A stretch of 64,000 bases of DNA, from assembly GCF_963921235.1 (NCBI RefSeq), contig NC_086108.1, forward strand, positions 115,632,001 through 115,696,000. Reading direction: 5' to 3'. How positions within the stretch are numbered: the stretch's first letter is position 1; each line of letters starts with the position of its first letter. The DNA is from Mobula hypostoma. Its lineage: Eukaryota. Positions 52,610 through 62,624 of the stretch are shown here, in pieces. The notes beneath the pieces are model-generated. The model saw only the letters and a program-made list of their open reading frames with translations, was not told where the DNA came from and searched no databases. The position numbers and the translations under genes were made by a program.

Positions 52610-54660
52610 CACCCACACTTCCCACTCCCATCCCTCCGACACTTCCCCACCCCCTTCCCTCATACACTTTCCTATCAATTCCCCTCCTACATTTCCCCAT
52701 CCCCTCCCTCCTACACTTCCTCCTCCCCTCTTTCCACCACTACCCCATCCTACACTTCCCCATTCCCACCGACTCTTCCCCATCCACTCCCCTCCTACTC
52801 TTCCCCATCCCCTCCCCTGCTACACTTCCCCATTCCCACCTACTCTTCCCCATCCACTCCTACACTTCCCCATCCACTCCCCTCCTACTCTTCCCCATCC
52901 CCTCCCCGCTACACTTCCCCATTCCCACCTACTCTTCCCCATCCACTCCTATACTTCCCCATTCCCACCGACTCTTCCCCATCCCCTCCCTTGCTACACT
53001 TCCCCATTCCCACCTACTCTTCCCCATCCACTCCCCTCCTACTCTTCCCCATCCCCTCCCCTGCTACACTTCCCCATTCCCACCTACTCTTCCCCATCCA
53101 CTCCCCTCCTACTCTTCCCCATCCCCTCCCCTGCTACACTTCCCCATTCCCACTGACTCTTCCCCATCCACTCCCCTCCTACTCTTCCCCATCCCCTCCC
53201 CTGCTACACTTCCCCATTCCCACCTACTCTTCCCCATCCACTCCTACACTTCCCCATTCCCACCTACTCTTCCCCATCCACTACCCTCCTACTCTTCCCC
53301 ATCCCCTCCCCTGCTACACTTCCCCATTCCCACTGACTCTTCCCCATCCACTCCCCTCCTACTCTTCCCCATCCCCTCCCCTGCTACACTTCCCCATTCC
53401 CACCTACTCTTACCCATCCACTCCTACACTTCCCCATTCCCACCTACTCTTCCCCATCCACTCCCCTCCTACTCTTCCCCATCCCCTCCCCTGCTACACT
53501 TCCCCATTCCCACTGACTCTTCCCCATCCACTCCCCTCCTACTCTTCCCCATCCCCTCCCCTGCTACACTTCCCCATTCCCACCGACTCTTCCCCATCCC
53601 CTCCCCTGCTACACTTCCCCATTCCACCTACTCTTCCCCATCCACTCCTACACTTCCCCATTCCCACCTACTCTTCCCCATCCACTCCCCTCCTACTCTT
53701 CCCCATCCCCTCCCCTGCTACACTTCCCCATTCCCACCTACTCTTCCCCATCCACTCTCCTCCTACTCTTCCCCATCCCCTCCCCTGCTACAATTCCCCA
53801 TTCCCACTGACTCTTCCCCATCCACTCTCCTCCTACTCTTCCCCATCCCCTCCCCTGCTACACTTCCCCATTCCCACCTACTCTTCCCCATCCACTCCCC
53901 TCCTACTCTTCCCCATCCCCTCCCCTGCTACACTTCCCCATTCCCACCTACTCTTCCCCATCCACTCCTACACTTCCCCATTCCCACCGACTCTTCCCCA
54001 TCCACTCCCCTCCTACTCTTCCCCATCCCCTCCCCTGCTACACTTCCCCATTCCCACCTACTCTTCCCCATCCACTCCTACACTTCCCCATTCCCACCCA
54101 CTCTTCCCCATCCACTCCCCTCCTACTCTTCCCCATCCCCTCCCCTGCTACACTTCCCCATTCCCACCTACTCTTCCCCATCCACTCCTACACTTCTCCA
54201 TTCCCACCGACTCTTCCCCATCCACTCCCCTCCTGCTCTTCCCCATCCCCTCCCTTGCTACACTTCCCCATTCCCACCTACTCTTCCCCATCCACTCCCC
54301 TCCTACTCTTCCCCATCCCCTCCCCTGCTACACTTCCCCATTCCCACCTACTCTTCCCCATCCACTCCCCTCCTACTCTTCCCCATCCACTCCCCTCCTA
54401 CTCTTCCCCATTCCCACCTACTCTTCCCCATCCCCTCCCCTCCCCTAGAACACATTCCCATCCCTTCCCCTCCAACACTTCCCCATCTCCTCCCCTAGTA
54501 CACTTCCCCATCACCTCCTACACTTCCCCATCCCATCCTTCCTCTTCTCCTCCTACACTTCCCCCTCCCCTTCTACATTTCCCCCTCCCCTCCAACACTT
54601 CCCCATCCCCTCCCCCCGACACTTCCCCATCACCTCCGACACTCCACCCTCCTGTCCCCA
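52610..54660. repeat. C-rich minisatellite built of 20- and 25-bp subunits (70- and 40-bp units)
   Basis: tccccattcc recurs at 53001, 53071, 53141, 53211, 53251, 53321, 53391, 53431, 53501 and 53571. Confidence 0.97.
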
Positions 54661-54984
54661 CCCACACTCCCCCCTCATGTCCTCACCCACACTCGCACTG
54701 CCTCCTGCCCTGTGTGACGAGAGGTTCCCCCACCCCCCAGCGGCCCTGGGCTGGTCGGTGTGATCCTGTCTTTGGGCCTCACTCAGAACGGGTTAAGCTG
54801 CTGTGCGTTCACTCACAGCGAGTCGCGTCGAGTAACCCGGCTGCAATCTGCCGAGGTCAGTCCTGCTTTAATGAGTCTGTTAATTAAAGCTTCCTCAGAC
54901 TGACGCTGAAATTAATTGCTCTTCACCAACAGCCAGGAGCCTGCATTGCACTGGTGCCTGTCACAGGTGATTTAGCAGAGGAAG

Positions 54985-55263
54985 AGCTGAGAGACCGGTC
55001 CTTTGGCCCATCAATTCCCTGCTGACCCGATGAACTGATCCCATTTCATTCCCATCAGCTCCAGCCAGATTCCACCCCTCACCCACACTCTTGCAGCAGC
55101 CGATGAACCTCCTCCCCAGACCTGCATGCGTTTGTGATGTGGGAGTTACGTGGGGGTGAGGGGGGAGGGGGTAGTGGGGTAGTGGGAAGCCACACGATTG
55201 CAAGGGGAACGTGCAAACTCCACACAGACTGTGTCAGCTGTGGGGCTGTTGTGCCACCATGCC
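54985..55263 (-). mobile_element. V-SINE copy containing a single satellite-like monomer
   Basis: The minus strand begins ggcatggtggcaca, contains ctgtgtggagtttgcacgttccccttgcaatcgtgtggcttccc, then ctcccacatcacaaacgcatgcagg, and has the tail gatgggccaaaggacc. Confidence 0.75.
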
Positions 55264-55541
55264 TTTACATAATGGGGGGAGTGTTGGTGTGAACAGAAGT
55301 GGTGTATGTGAGTCAGGTTGAGTACACAAGGGGAGAGGGGGGTGTCGGTGGGGAAGTGGGGGGGGGGTGTCCATGAGACAGGTTGAGTACACAAGGGGAG
55401 AGGGGAGGAGGGGAGTGTCAGTGGGGAAGGGGGGGTGTCAGTGGGGAAGGGGGGGTGTCAGTGGGGAAGGGGGGGGAGTGTAGAAGCAGACGGGAGGGGA
55501 ACCAAACCGGTTGTATGGCACCAAACTTGGAGGGCACTGTG

Positions 55542-55885
55542 TAGAACATACAATAGTACAGCACAGTACAGGCCCTTCGGCCCACAATGTTGTGCTGACC
55601 CTCAAACCCTGCCTCCCATATAAGCCGCCACCTTAAATTCCTCCATATACCTGTCTAGTAGTCTCTTAAACTTCACTAGTGTATCTGCCTCCACCACTGA
55701 CTCAGGCAGTGCATTCCACACACCAACCACTCTGAGTAAAAAACCTTCCTTTAATATCCCCCTTGAACTTCCCACCCCTCACCTTAAAGCCATGTCCTCT
55801 TGTATTGAGCAGTGGTGCCCTGGAGAAGAGGCACTGGCTATCCACTCTATCTAATCCTCTTATTATCTTGTACACCTCTATCATA
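55542..55885 (-). mobile_element. CR1 3' fragment (relatively intact)
   Basis: MIEVYKIIRGLDRVDSQCLF...TRGHGFKVRGGKFKGDIKGRFFTQ. Confidence 0.9.
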
Positions 55886-56009
55886 CACAGCACTACAAGA
55901 TCCCACAGAGACCAGGAAATTGTAAGGAACCTATAACTGGGGGTCTGACCCTGAACTTTGCTCCATGTGGGGGTCTGATCCTGCCTTGTGAGCCGCGGGG
56001 CAGGAGTGT

Positions 56010-56099
56010 GTCACTGCGAGGGGGCCCCCCCCGAGGGCAGGGGGGCGTCACTGCGAGGGGGGCCCCCCCGAGGGCAGGGGGGCGTCACTGCGAGGGGGC
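56010..56099. repeat. 37-bp GC-rich tandem repeat, about 2.4 copies
   Basis: gtcactgcgagggggccccccccgagggcaggggggc at 56010 and 56047, with a partial copy at 56084. Confidence 0.85.
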
Positions 56100-56104
56100 T
56101 GATG

Positions 56105-56505
56105 CACTCCGCTGGTACTGTCTACACTTTTCACTGCCTCAGTAAAGTAACTAGCACAATTAAAGGCACTCTCCCTTCTTGGCTCTCTTATCATGTAAAA
56201 GATACAACAGCCCGGAAGCACCTACCCCCAGGCTCAAGGACAGCATCTCTCCCACTACTTTCAAGCTTTTAAATGGACTCCTTTACAAGCGGATGGACTC
56301 TTGGCCTCGTGGTTTACCTCGTTATGACCTTTCACTTTAACATTTACCTGCACTGCACATTTTCCTTGCCTTCTACACTTTATTCTGCATTGTTTTGTTT
56401 CACCTTGTTCCAGCTCAGTGCACTGTGTAATGATCTGATCTGTGTGAACAGGACGCAAGACAAGCCTTTCACAGTATCTCAGTACATGTGACAATAATAA
56501 ACCAA
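56105..56505 (+). mobile_element. Rex1/Babar LINE 3' fragment
   Basis: caggctcaaggacagc coding end and tail tttcacagtatctcagtacatgtgacaataataaacc. Confidence 0.65.
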
Positions 56506-56959
56506 CTCCAATTGTAGTCCTGCCACACACCTCTCCGATCTGACCATTGCACACTGCCCTGCTGAAAGGATCCAGCAAGTTCACCATAAGCAGGAGATCA
56601 CTGAGCCCCCCCTGCTCCAGTTGCCAACAAGATAATGCCTGATGTCTGGTCAGCCTCCCTCAAAATCCCTCATTCCCTTCACGCCTGAAAACCCACTGCT
56701 CTGCTTTGAATCTCTCTGGCCTTGGGGAGAGAACCCCCCTCCTCGTGAACACACTCCTGCTCATGTCCTTCCTGAGCGGCCGAACAACCACCTGATCCGG
56801 TGACCGGTAGTCCTTGACACCCATCCAAGGGATAGATCAAGTCAGAGTCCTGACAAGCCACGTGAGCATTTTAATCATCTCTGCTTTGAACGGCAGAGTG
56901 TAGGTAGTCTGTCTGTTTAGTCTCACTCACTGCGTTCTGAGTCAGGAGGAGAAATAGAG

Positions 56960-57145
56960 AACTGTTCACATATTCCAGATGTGGTCTCACCAGGGTCCTG
57001 TATAATTGGAGCAATACATCTCCTCTCCTGTATCTCGAGTCCTGTTGCAGTGGAGGCCAATACAGCATTTGCCTTGCTAATTGCTTGCTGAATCGGCGCA
57101 CTACATCTGAGTGAAGACGCTGGGTCCCTGTGAACACCAGCACCT
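56960..57145 (-). mobile_element. CR1 ORF2 fragment
   Basis: YRRGDVLLQLYRTLVRPHLEY. Confidence 0.8.
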
Positions 57146-57149
57146 TTTA

Positions 57150-57422
57150 ATCGCTTCCTATTTGGCAGGTCAGCTCTTTCAAACTACTGTCCTACAGTGT
57201 GCGACTCAGTACCTAAAACTATGCGGATACAGACACAGCTGACACTTTTTATCACCAGCTCAAAACCGATTTATTTAACCTTGCTTTTAACCAACATCTT
57301 TCAATCTTTTATTTTCTTGTTTATTTTTAATTTTTATTTCATTTCCATGCTCATCCCATTGTAAAGCACTTTAAACTGCATCGTCTATGAAAAGTGTTCA
57401 TTAAGTAAAATTAAATTATTAA
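57150..57422 (+). mobile_element. L2-type LINE 3' end
   Basis: ...DTFYHQLKTDLFNLAF* followed by tgtaaagcactttaaactgcat...tatgaaaagtg tail. Confidence 0.7.
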
Positions 57423-57689
57423 CTGATGTTCTGCATTCCGATCTTTTCCACGTTTTCTGCCATTTGCTGAGCCTTCACCCGTGTACAGCCCGTCCTCATA
57501 GCTCTGGGGTGTTTGTCTCTAGTCTCGTCACAGCCCACACAGTCACTGAAGCCAACTCACGTGCACCACACTCGAATCATGGAGTTAAACAGCACGGAAA
57601 AAGGCCCATTGGCCCTTGTCAACCTTATCCCATCTACACTGATCACACTTGCCTTTTATTAGGAACTCAAGATGCTGAAAACTTTGAGC

Positions 57690-57822
57690 AGCACACACAC
57701 AAAACACCGGAGGAACTCAGCAGGTCAGGCAGCATCTATGCAGGGAAATAAACAGTCAAGGATTCAGTCCAGATGCAGGATCTCAGCCTGAAACATGGAT
57801 CGTTTATTTTCCTCCATCGATG
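57690..57822. mobile_element. Short Penelope-end derivative with inverted arms
   Basis: acacacacaaaacaccggaggaactcagcaggtcaggcagcatc; arm 57733-57757 is the near reverse complement of 57798-57822. Confidence 0.7.
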
Positions 57823-57864
57823 TTTGCATTGCTATCGTTACGTCTGTATACTTCTACACCTCAC

Positions 57865-58270
57865 CTATTTGAGTGTCTCTTTAAATATCTCTGAAAAAGA
57901 GTGAGTGCATCTGACTCCACCACCTCCTCTGGCAGAGAGTTCCAGATCTCAACTACTCTCTCTGTAAAAAAACCTCTGAAACTCCTTCCTCTCACCTTAA
58001 GTCAGAACCCTCTTACTTTTGGAACACCCACCAAGACCATCTCCCCAGCTGACATCTCTCACAATTTTTTATACATCTCCATATGGCCATCTGTCAGCCT
58101 CCTTCGCTATGTTCAGAAAACAGTCCCAACTTCTTCAATCCCATCCACGCAACAGAAATCCACTGATTCTGGCAGCATTCCGGAGAATCTCCTTTGCATT
58201 CTCCCCAGCACAACCACATCCTCCTGTAGTGTGCACAGTGCCCCAGGTGAGGTCCAACCGGTGATTGTAA
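57865..58270 (-). mobile_element. Old CR1 3' fragment
   Basis: ctgactccaccacctcctctggcagagagttccagatctcaactactctc is homologous to the other CR1 3' pieces. Confidence 0.65.
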
Positions 58271-58369
58271 AGCTGCAACATACCACTTATATTCTGTGCC
58301 CCGACCTATAGAATCACCTTCTTCACCAGACCACCTCCCTGTGTTGCCACTTTTACAGAATTACCAACT

Positions 58370-58840
58370 TGACAGAAAATGCTGGACACAGCCCAGGCCA
58401 TCACAGGTAAATCCCTCCCAACCACTGGGCACATTTACAAGGAGCACTACCATGAGAAAGCAGCATCCATCATCAAGGCTGTGCTCCTTTCTCGCTGCTG
58501 CCGTTGAGAAAGAGGTACAGATGCATTAGGTCCCACGCTACCAGGTTCAGAACTAGGCTCCTAAACCAGTGTGGATAACTTCACTCACCTCAATACTGAA
58601 CTGATCTCACAACCTATCGATTCTCTGAAAGGACTTCACTATATTAATAAAACATTTTTATTTTCAGTTTATCTTATGTGTGTTGGAGATTGTCTATCTT
58701 TGTCTGTTTATGTAAAGTTTTTCACAAAATTCTATCGTATTTTATTTTTTCCTGTAAATACCTGCAAGAAAATGAATCTCAAGGCAGGATATGGTTGTAT
58801 AAAGGTATACACTTTGATGATATATTTATTTTGAACTTTG
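58370..58840 (+). mobile_element. Rex1/Babar LINE 3' fragment
   Basis: Reverse complement of the family at 44912-45440 (gaaagcagcatccatcatcaagg...gaggtacag...ccaggttcag; tail ttgaactttg). Confidence 0.8.
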
Positions 58841-59089
58841 GCTTGAACCCCAAGATCCTCTGATCATCAACACCCCTTAGCACTCTACCATATCCTATGT
58901 CCTACATGCCCCACCATGTGTATGTCCTATGCCTATTTGACTTCACAAAATGCATCAGTTCATACCTGCCAGCATGAACATTCTGCCAACGCTCTGTACA
59001 ACTTTCTGTCTAATCCACATACTGCTGTAGCCTTGGACAACCTTCCCTGTTGTCCACCACACCAGCTTCTATATCAGCCTAAAACTTAC

Positions 59090-60089
59090 TTACGGCAGCT
59101 TATGGCTGAGCCCTCTACAGGAAAGGCAATTTTAGATTGGGTGTTGTGTAATGAATCAGGTTTTAATCTGGGAGCTGAATGTAAAGGAACACTTAGGAGA
59201 ACGTGAACATAATATGACAGAATTCACCCTGCAGTTTGAGAGGGAGAAGATAAAGTCAGATGTATCGGTATTACAGTGGAGTAAAGGGAATTACAGAGGC
59301 ACGAGAGAGGAGTTGATTGGATGGGAACATAAGGATGATAGCTGAACAGCAATGGCTGATGATTATGGGGAAATTTGGAAACATCCCAGAGATTTTAAAA
59401 AAGCATTCAACTGTGGCTGACAAGGGAAGCCAAAGACAGCATAAAAGCAAAAGAGAAGAGATGAAATACCGCAAAAATCAGTGGGAAGGCAGAGGATTGG
59501 GAAGCTTTTAAAAACCAACAGAAAGCAAATTAAAAGCCACAAAGAGAGAAAAGATGAAATATGGTAAGCTAGCCAATAATGTGAAAAAGGATACAAAAAG
59601 TTTTTCCAGATATATGAAAAGTGAAAGAGTGGATATTGGACATTGGAAAATGTTATGGGAGAGGTAGCAATGGGAGACAAAGGAATGGTGGATGAACTTA
59701 ATAGATATTTAGTGACAGACTTCCTTGATATAATACCAGAAATGCGAGAATGTCAGGGGGCAGAAATGAGTGTAGTTGCTATTACTAGGGAGAAGCTGCT
59801 TGGGAAGCTGAAAGGCCTGAAGGTAGACAAGTCACCTGGATGGAATACAGCCCAGGGTTCTGAAAGAGGTAGGTGAAGAGATTGTGGAGGCATTAGTAAT
59901 GATCCTTCAAGAATCACTAGATTTTGCAATTGGTCCGGAGGACTAGAAAACTGAAAATGTCATTCTACTCTTCAAGAAGGAAGGAGGGAAAGAAAGGAAA
60001 TTATAGGCTAGTTTAGCTGATTTCAGTGGGTAGGAAGATGTTGGAATCTATTATTGCGAATGAGGACTTGGGGTACTTGGAGGCACATG
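59090..60089 (+). mobile_element. CR1 ORF2, upstream half (interrupted by the LTR element)
   Basis: EPSTGKAILDWVLCNE, LKGLKVDKSPG, NVILLFKK...NYR...GRKMLESII. Confidence 0.9.
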
Positions 60090-60739
60090 TGTCATGTGGG
60101 GGCGTGGAGATCAGACCCAGATGCAAGACACAGACACTGAACTACGAGGAACAGGACTAGGACTAGAGTTAAGCAAGCAAGGGAAGTAGGGAAGAAAGGA
60201 CATCAGACATTGACACAGGCCCTGACTCAGAACTGGAACCCGGGTCTAGGCTAGGACATAGGGCCGGGACTCATACACAGAACACAGAGAGACAGTTCCC
60301 AACACAAGGTAGTGGCAAACAACCGGACCTACCTAGCGAAGGCATGAACACAGACGGTTCCCAACATAAAGTAACAGCAAATGAACAGACCTACCTAGCA
60401 AAGGCGTGGACACAGAGACAGTCCCAAACAATGATAGACAGTTTCTTATCTTGACACAACAAGGCTCCGGTCTTGCTCCGGCGGTAGAACTTGACAACGA
60501 TACAGGTGAGTATGCAGGCGAGGTTGCAGGCAGAGGCTGCAGGAAGAAGGTGAAGGGAAGGGAACAGTCTAGCAAGTAAAGCTGAAGCCTGGAGCTGGTT
60601 ATGTAGCCAGCCCAAAATCAGAATCATGTGCCTCAATTAAGGCACACAACAGGATAAGGGAAAACCGGAAAATCTGGAATACAGATCGATGGACTGGACC
60701 GTGAACCGGAATGCGGATTTCACGGACCGGACCATGACA

Positions 60740-60761
60740 TTACCTCCCCCCCCCCCCCCCC
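60740..60761 (-). other. Polypurine tract abutting the 3' LTR
   Basis: The minus strand reads a G-run plus AGGTAA immediately before the LTR TGTCA. Confidence 0.85.
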
Positions 60762-60898
60762 ACTATGGGAGTCTCCTGGCGACTGAACAGGCTCTTCAGG
60801 ACTAAGAACGACATGGGTGGGTGGGGGGCATCCAACAGGAGGGAATCCAGGATGGCAAGAGTAAAACGACAGTGTCTGTGTCACTGGGTCCATACTTG

Positions 60899-60910
60899 GC
60901 TGGACTGTTC
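60899..60910 (-). other. Self-priming-type primer binding site GAACAGTCCAGC
   Basis: Directly abuts the 5' LTR and is perfectly complementary to LTR positions 62503-62514. Confidence 0.8.
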
Positions 60911-61741
60911 TGTCATACGGGGGCATGGGGAGCAGACCCAACTGCAAGACACAGACACTGACGTACTAGGAACAGGACTAGGACTAGAGTTAAGCAAGCA
61001 AGGGAAGTGGAGAAGAAAGGATGCTGGACATTGACACAGGCCCTGGACAAGACTAGGATGCAGCGGCTGGGCTAGGACATGGACAAGAAACACGGAACCT
61101 GGACAAGGAACTAGGAACAAGGAGCCTGGACTAGTGACACGGAACTCTGGAACCAGATCCTGGACAAGGACCCAGAACCTGGGTCATAGTTGGGACTCGG
61201 AACTGGACCCCGGGTCTAGGCTAGGACTCAAACTAGGATCTTGGCAAGGACAGGACGTGGCTACAGAACAGGACGTGAACTCCTGCACAGGACGAGACAC
61301 ATGGACAGGATGAGAACACAAAGTCTTGACTTGGACAGGACGAGGTCCTTGGACATGGCTAGGATTGGACGAGGTACTCCTGGGCTGGGCGAGGCACAAG
61401 GAGAGGACGAGACCCCAAAGCCTTGACTTGGTCTTGGGAGACAGGAACGCAGAACACAGAGCCTTGGTCTTGAGAGACAGGATCACAGAACACAGAGCCA
61501 GGACCCCTCCTTGGGAACAGGACGTAGGGCCGGGACTCATACACAGAACACAGAGACAGTTCACAACACAAGGTAGTGGCAAACGGCTAGACCTGCCTAG
61601 CGAAGGCGTGGACACAGACACAGTTCCCAACACTAGGTAATGGCAAACAGCCGGACCTACCTAGCAAAGGCGTGAACACAAAGACAGTTCCAACCAATGA
61701 TAGACAGTTCCTTATCTTGACACAGCAAGGCTCCAGTCTTG

Positions 61742-62407
61742 CAACACACATCAAAGTTGCTGGTGAACGCAGCAGGCCAGGCAGCATCTGTAGGAAGAGG
61801 TGCAGTCGACATTTCAGGCCGAGACCCTTCGTCAGGACTAACTGAAGGAAGAGTGAGTAAGGGATTTGAAAGTTGGAGGGGGAGGGGGAGATCCAAAATG
61901 ATAGGAGAAGACAGGAGGGGGAGGGATAGAGCCAAGAGCTGGACAGGTGATAGGCAAAAGGGGATACGAGAGGATCATAGGACAGGAGGTCCGGGAAGAA
62001 AGACAAGGGGGGGGGACCCAGAGGATGGGCAAGAGGTATATTCAGAGGGACAGAGGGAGAAAAAGGAGAGTGAGAGAAAGAATGTGTACATAAAAATAAG
62101 TAACAGATGGGGTACGAGGGGGAGGTGGGGCATTAGCGGAAGTTAGAGAAGTCGATGTTCATGCCATCAGGTTGGAGGCTACCCAGACGGAATATAAGGT
62201 GTTGTTCCTCCAACCTGAGTGTGGCTTCATCTTTCCAGTAGAGGAGGCCGTGGATAGACATGTCAGAATGGGAATGGGATGTGGAATTAAAATGTGTGGC
62301 CACTGGGAGATCCTGCTTTCTCTGGCGAACAGAGCGTAGATGTTCAGCAAAGCGGTCTCCCAGTCTGCTCGGGTCTCGCCAATATATAAAAGGCCACATC
62401 GGGAGCA
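61742..62407 (-). mobile_element. Penelope-like element inserted in the 5' LTR
   Basis: GIY-YIG C-terminus (RLGDRFAEHLRSVRQ...PVATHFNS...RLEEQHLIFRLGSLQPDGMNIDFSNFR). Flanking duplication CCAGTCTTG at 61733-61741 and 62408-62416. Confidence 0.92.
61803..61840 (-). ncRNA. Minimal type-I hammerhead ribozyme motif in the Penelope end
   Basis: Minus strand AGTC-CTGACGA-AGGGTCTCGGCCT-GAAA-T-GTC-GACT: CUGANGA and GAAA cores, helix I AGTC/GACT, GUC triplet. Confidence 0.65.
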
Positions 62408-62535
62408 CCAGTCTTGGTCCGGCGGTAGAATTTGACAGCAATACAGGCAAGGATGCAGGTGAGGTTGCAGGCAGAGGCTGCAGGAGGAAGGTGAAGGGAA
62501 GGGAACAGTCCAGCAAATGAAGCTGAACCCAGGAG

Positions 62536-62544
62536 TTATTTATG
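62536..62544 (-). promoter_or_regulatory. TATA-like box of the 5' LTR
   Basis: Minus-strand CATAAATAA begins about 30 nt upstream of the predicted transcript start at about 62514. Confidence 0.5.
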
Positions 62545-62624
62545 TAGCCAGCCCAAAATCAGAATTATGTGCCTCAATTAAGGCACACAACAGGAATGCG
62601 GACCTCATGGACCGTACCTTGACA

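Larger units (their letters stand above)
60090..62624 (-). mobile_element. Miniature non-autonomous Gypsy (Tf1/sushi-type) LTR retroelement, TRIM-like
   Basis: TGTCA...TGACA termini and 5-bp TSD ACATG (60085-60089, 62625-62629). Two LTRs (60090-60739, 60911-62624) flank a 171-bp internal region with a PPT and a PBS. Confidence 0.88.

Noticed and set aside
51847..54498. 883-aa and 809-aa proline-rich extensin-like ORFs
   Set aside because: They arise from a nearly G-free minisatellite that rarely forms stops. Overlapping frames are equally open and the unit lengths (70, 40) are not multiples of 3.
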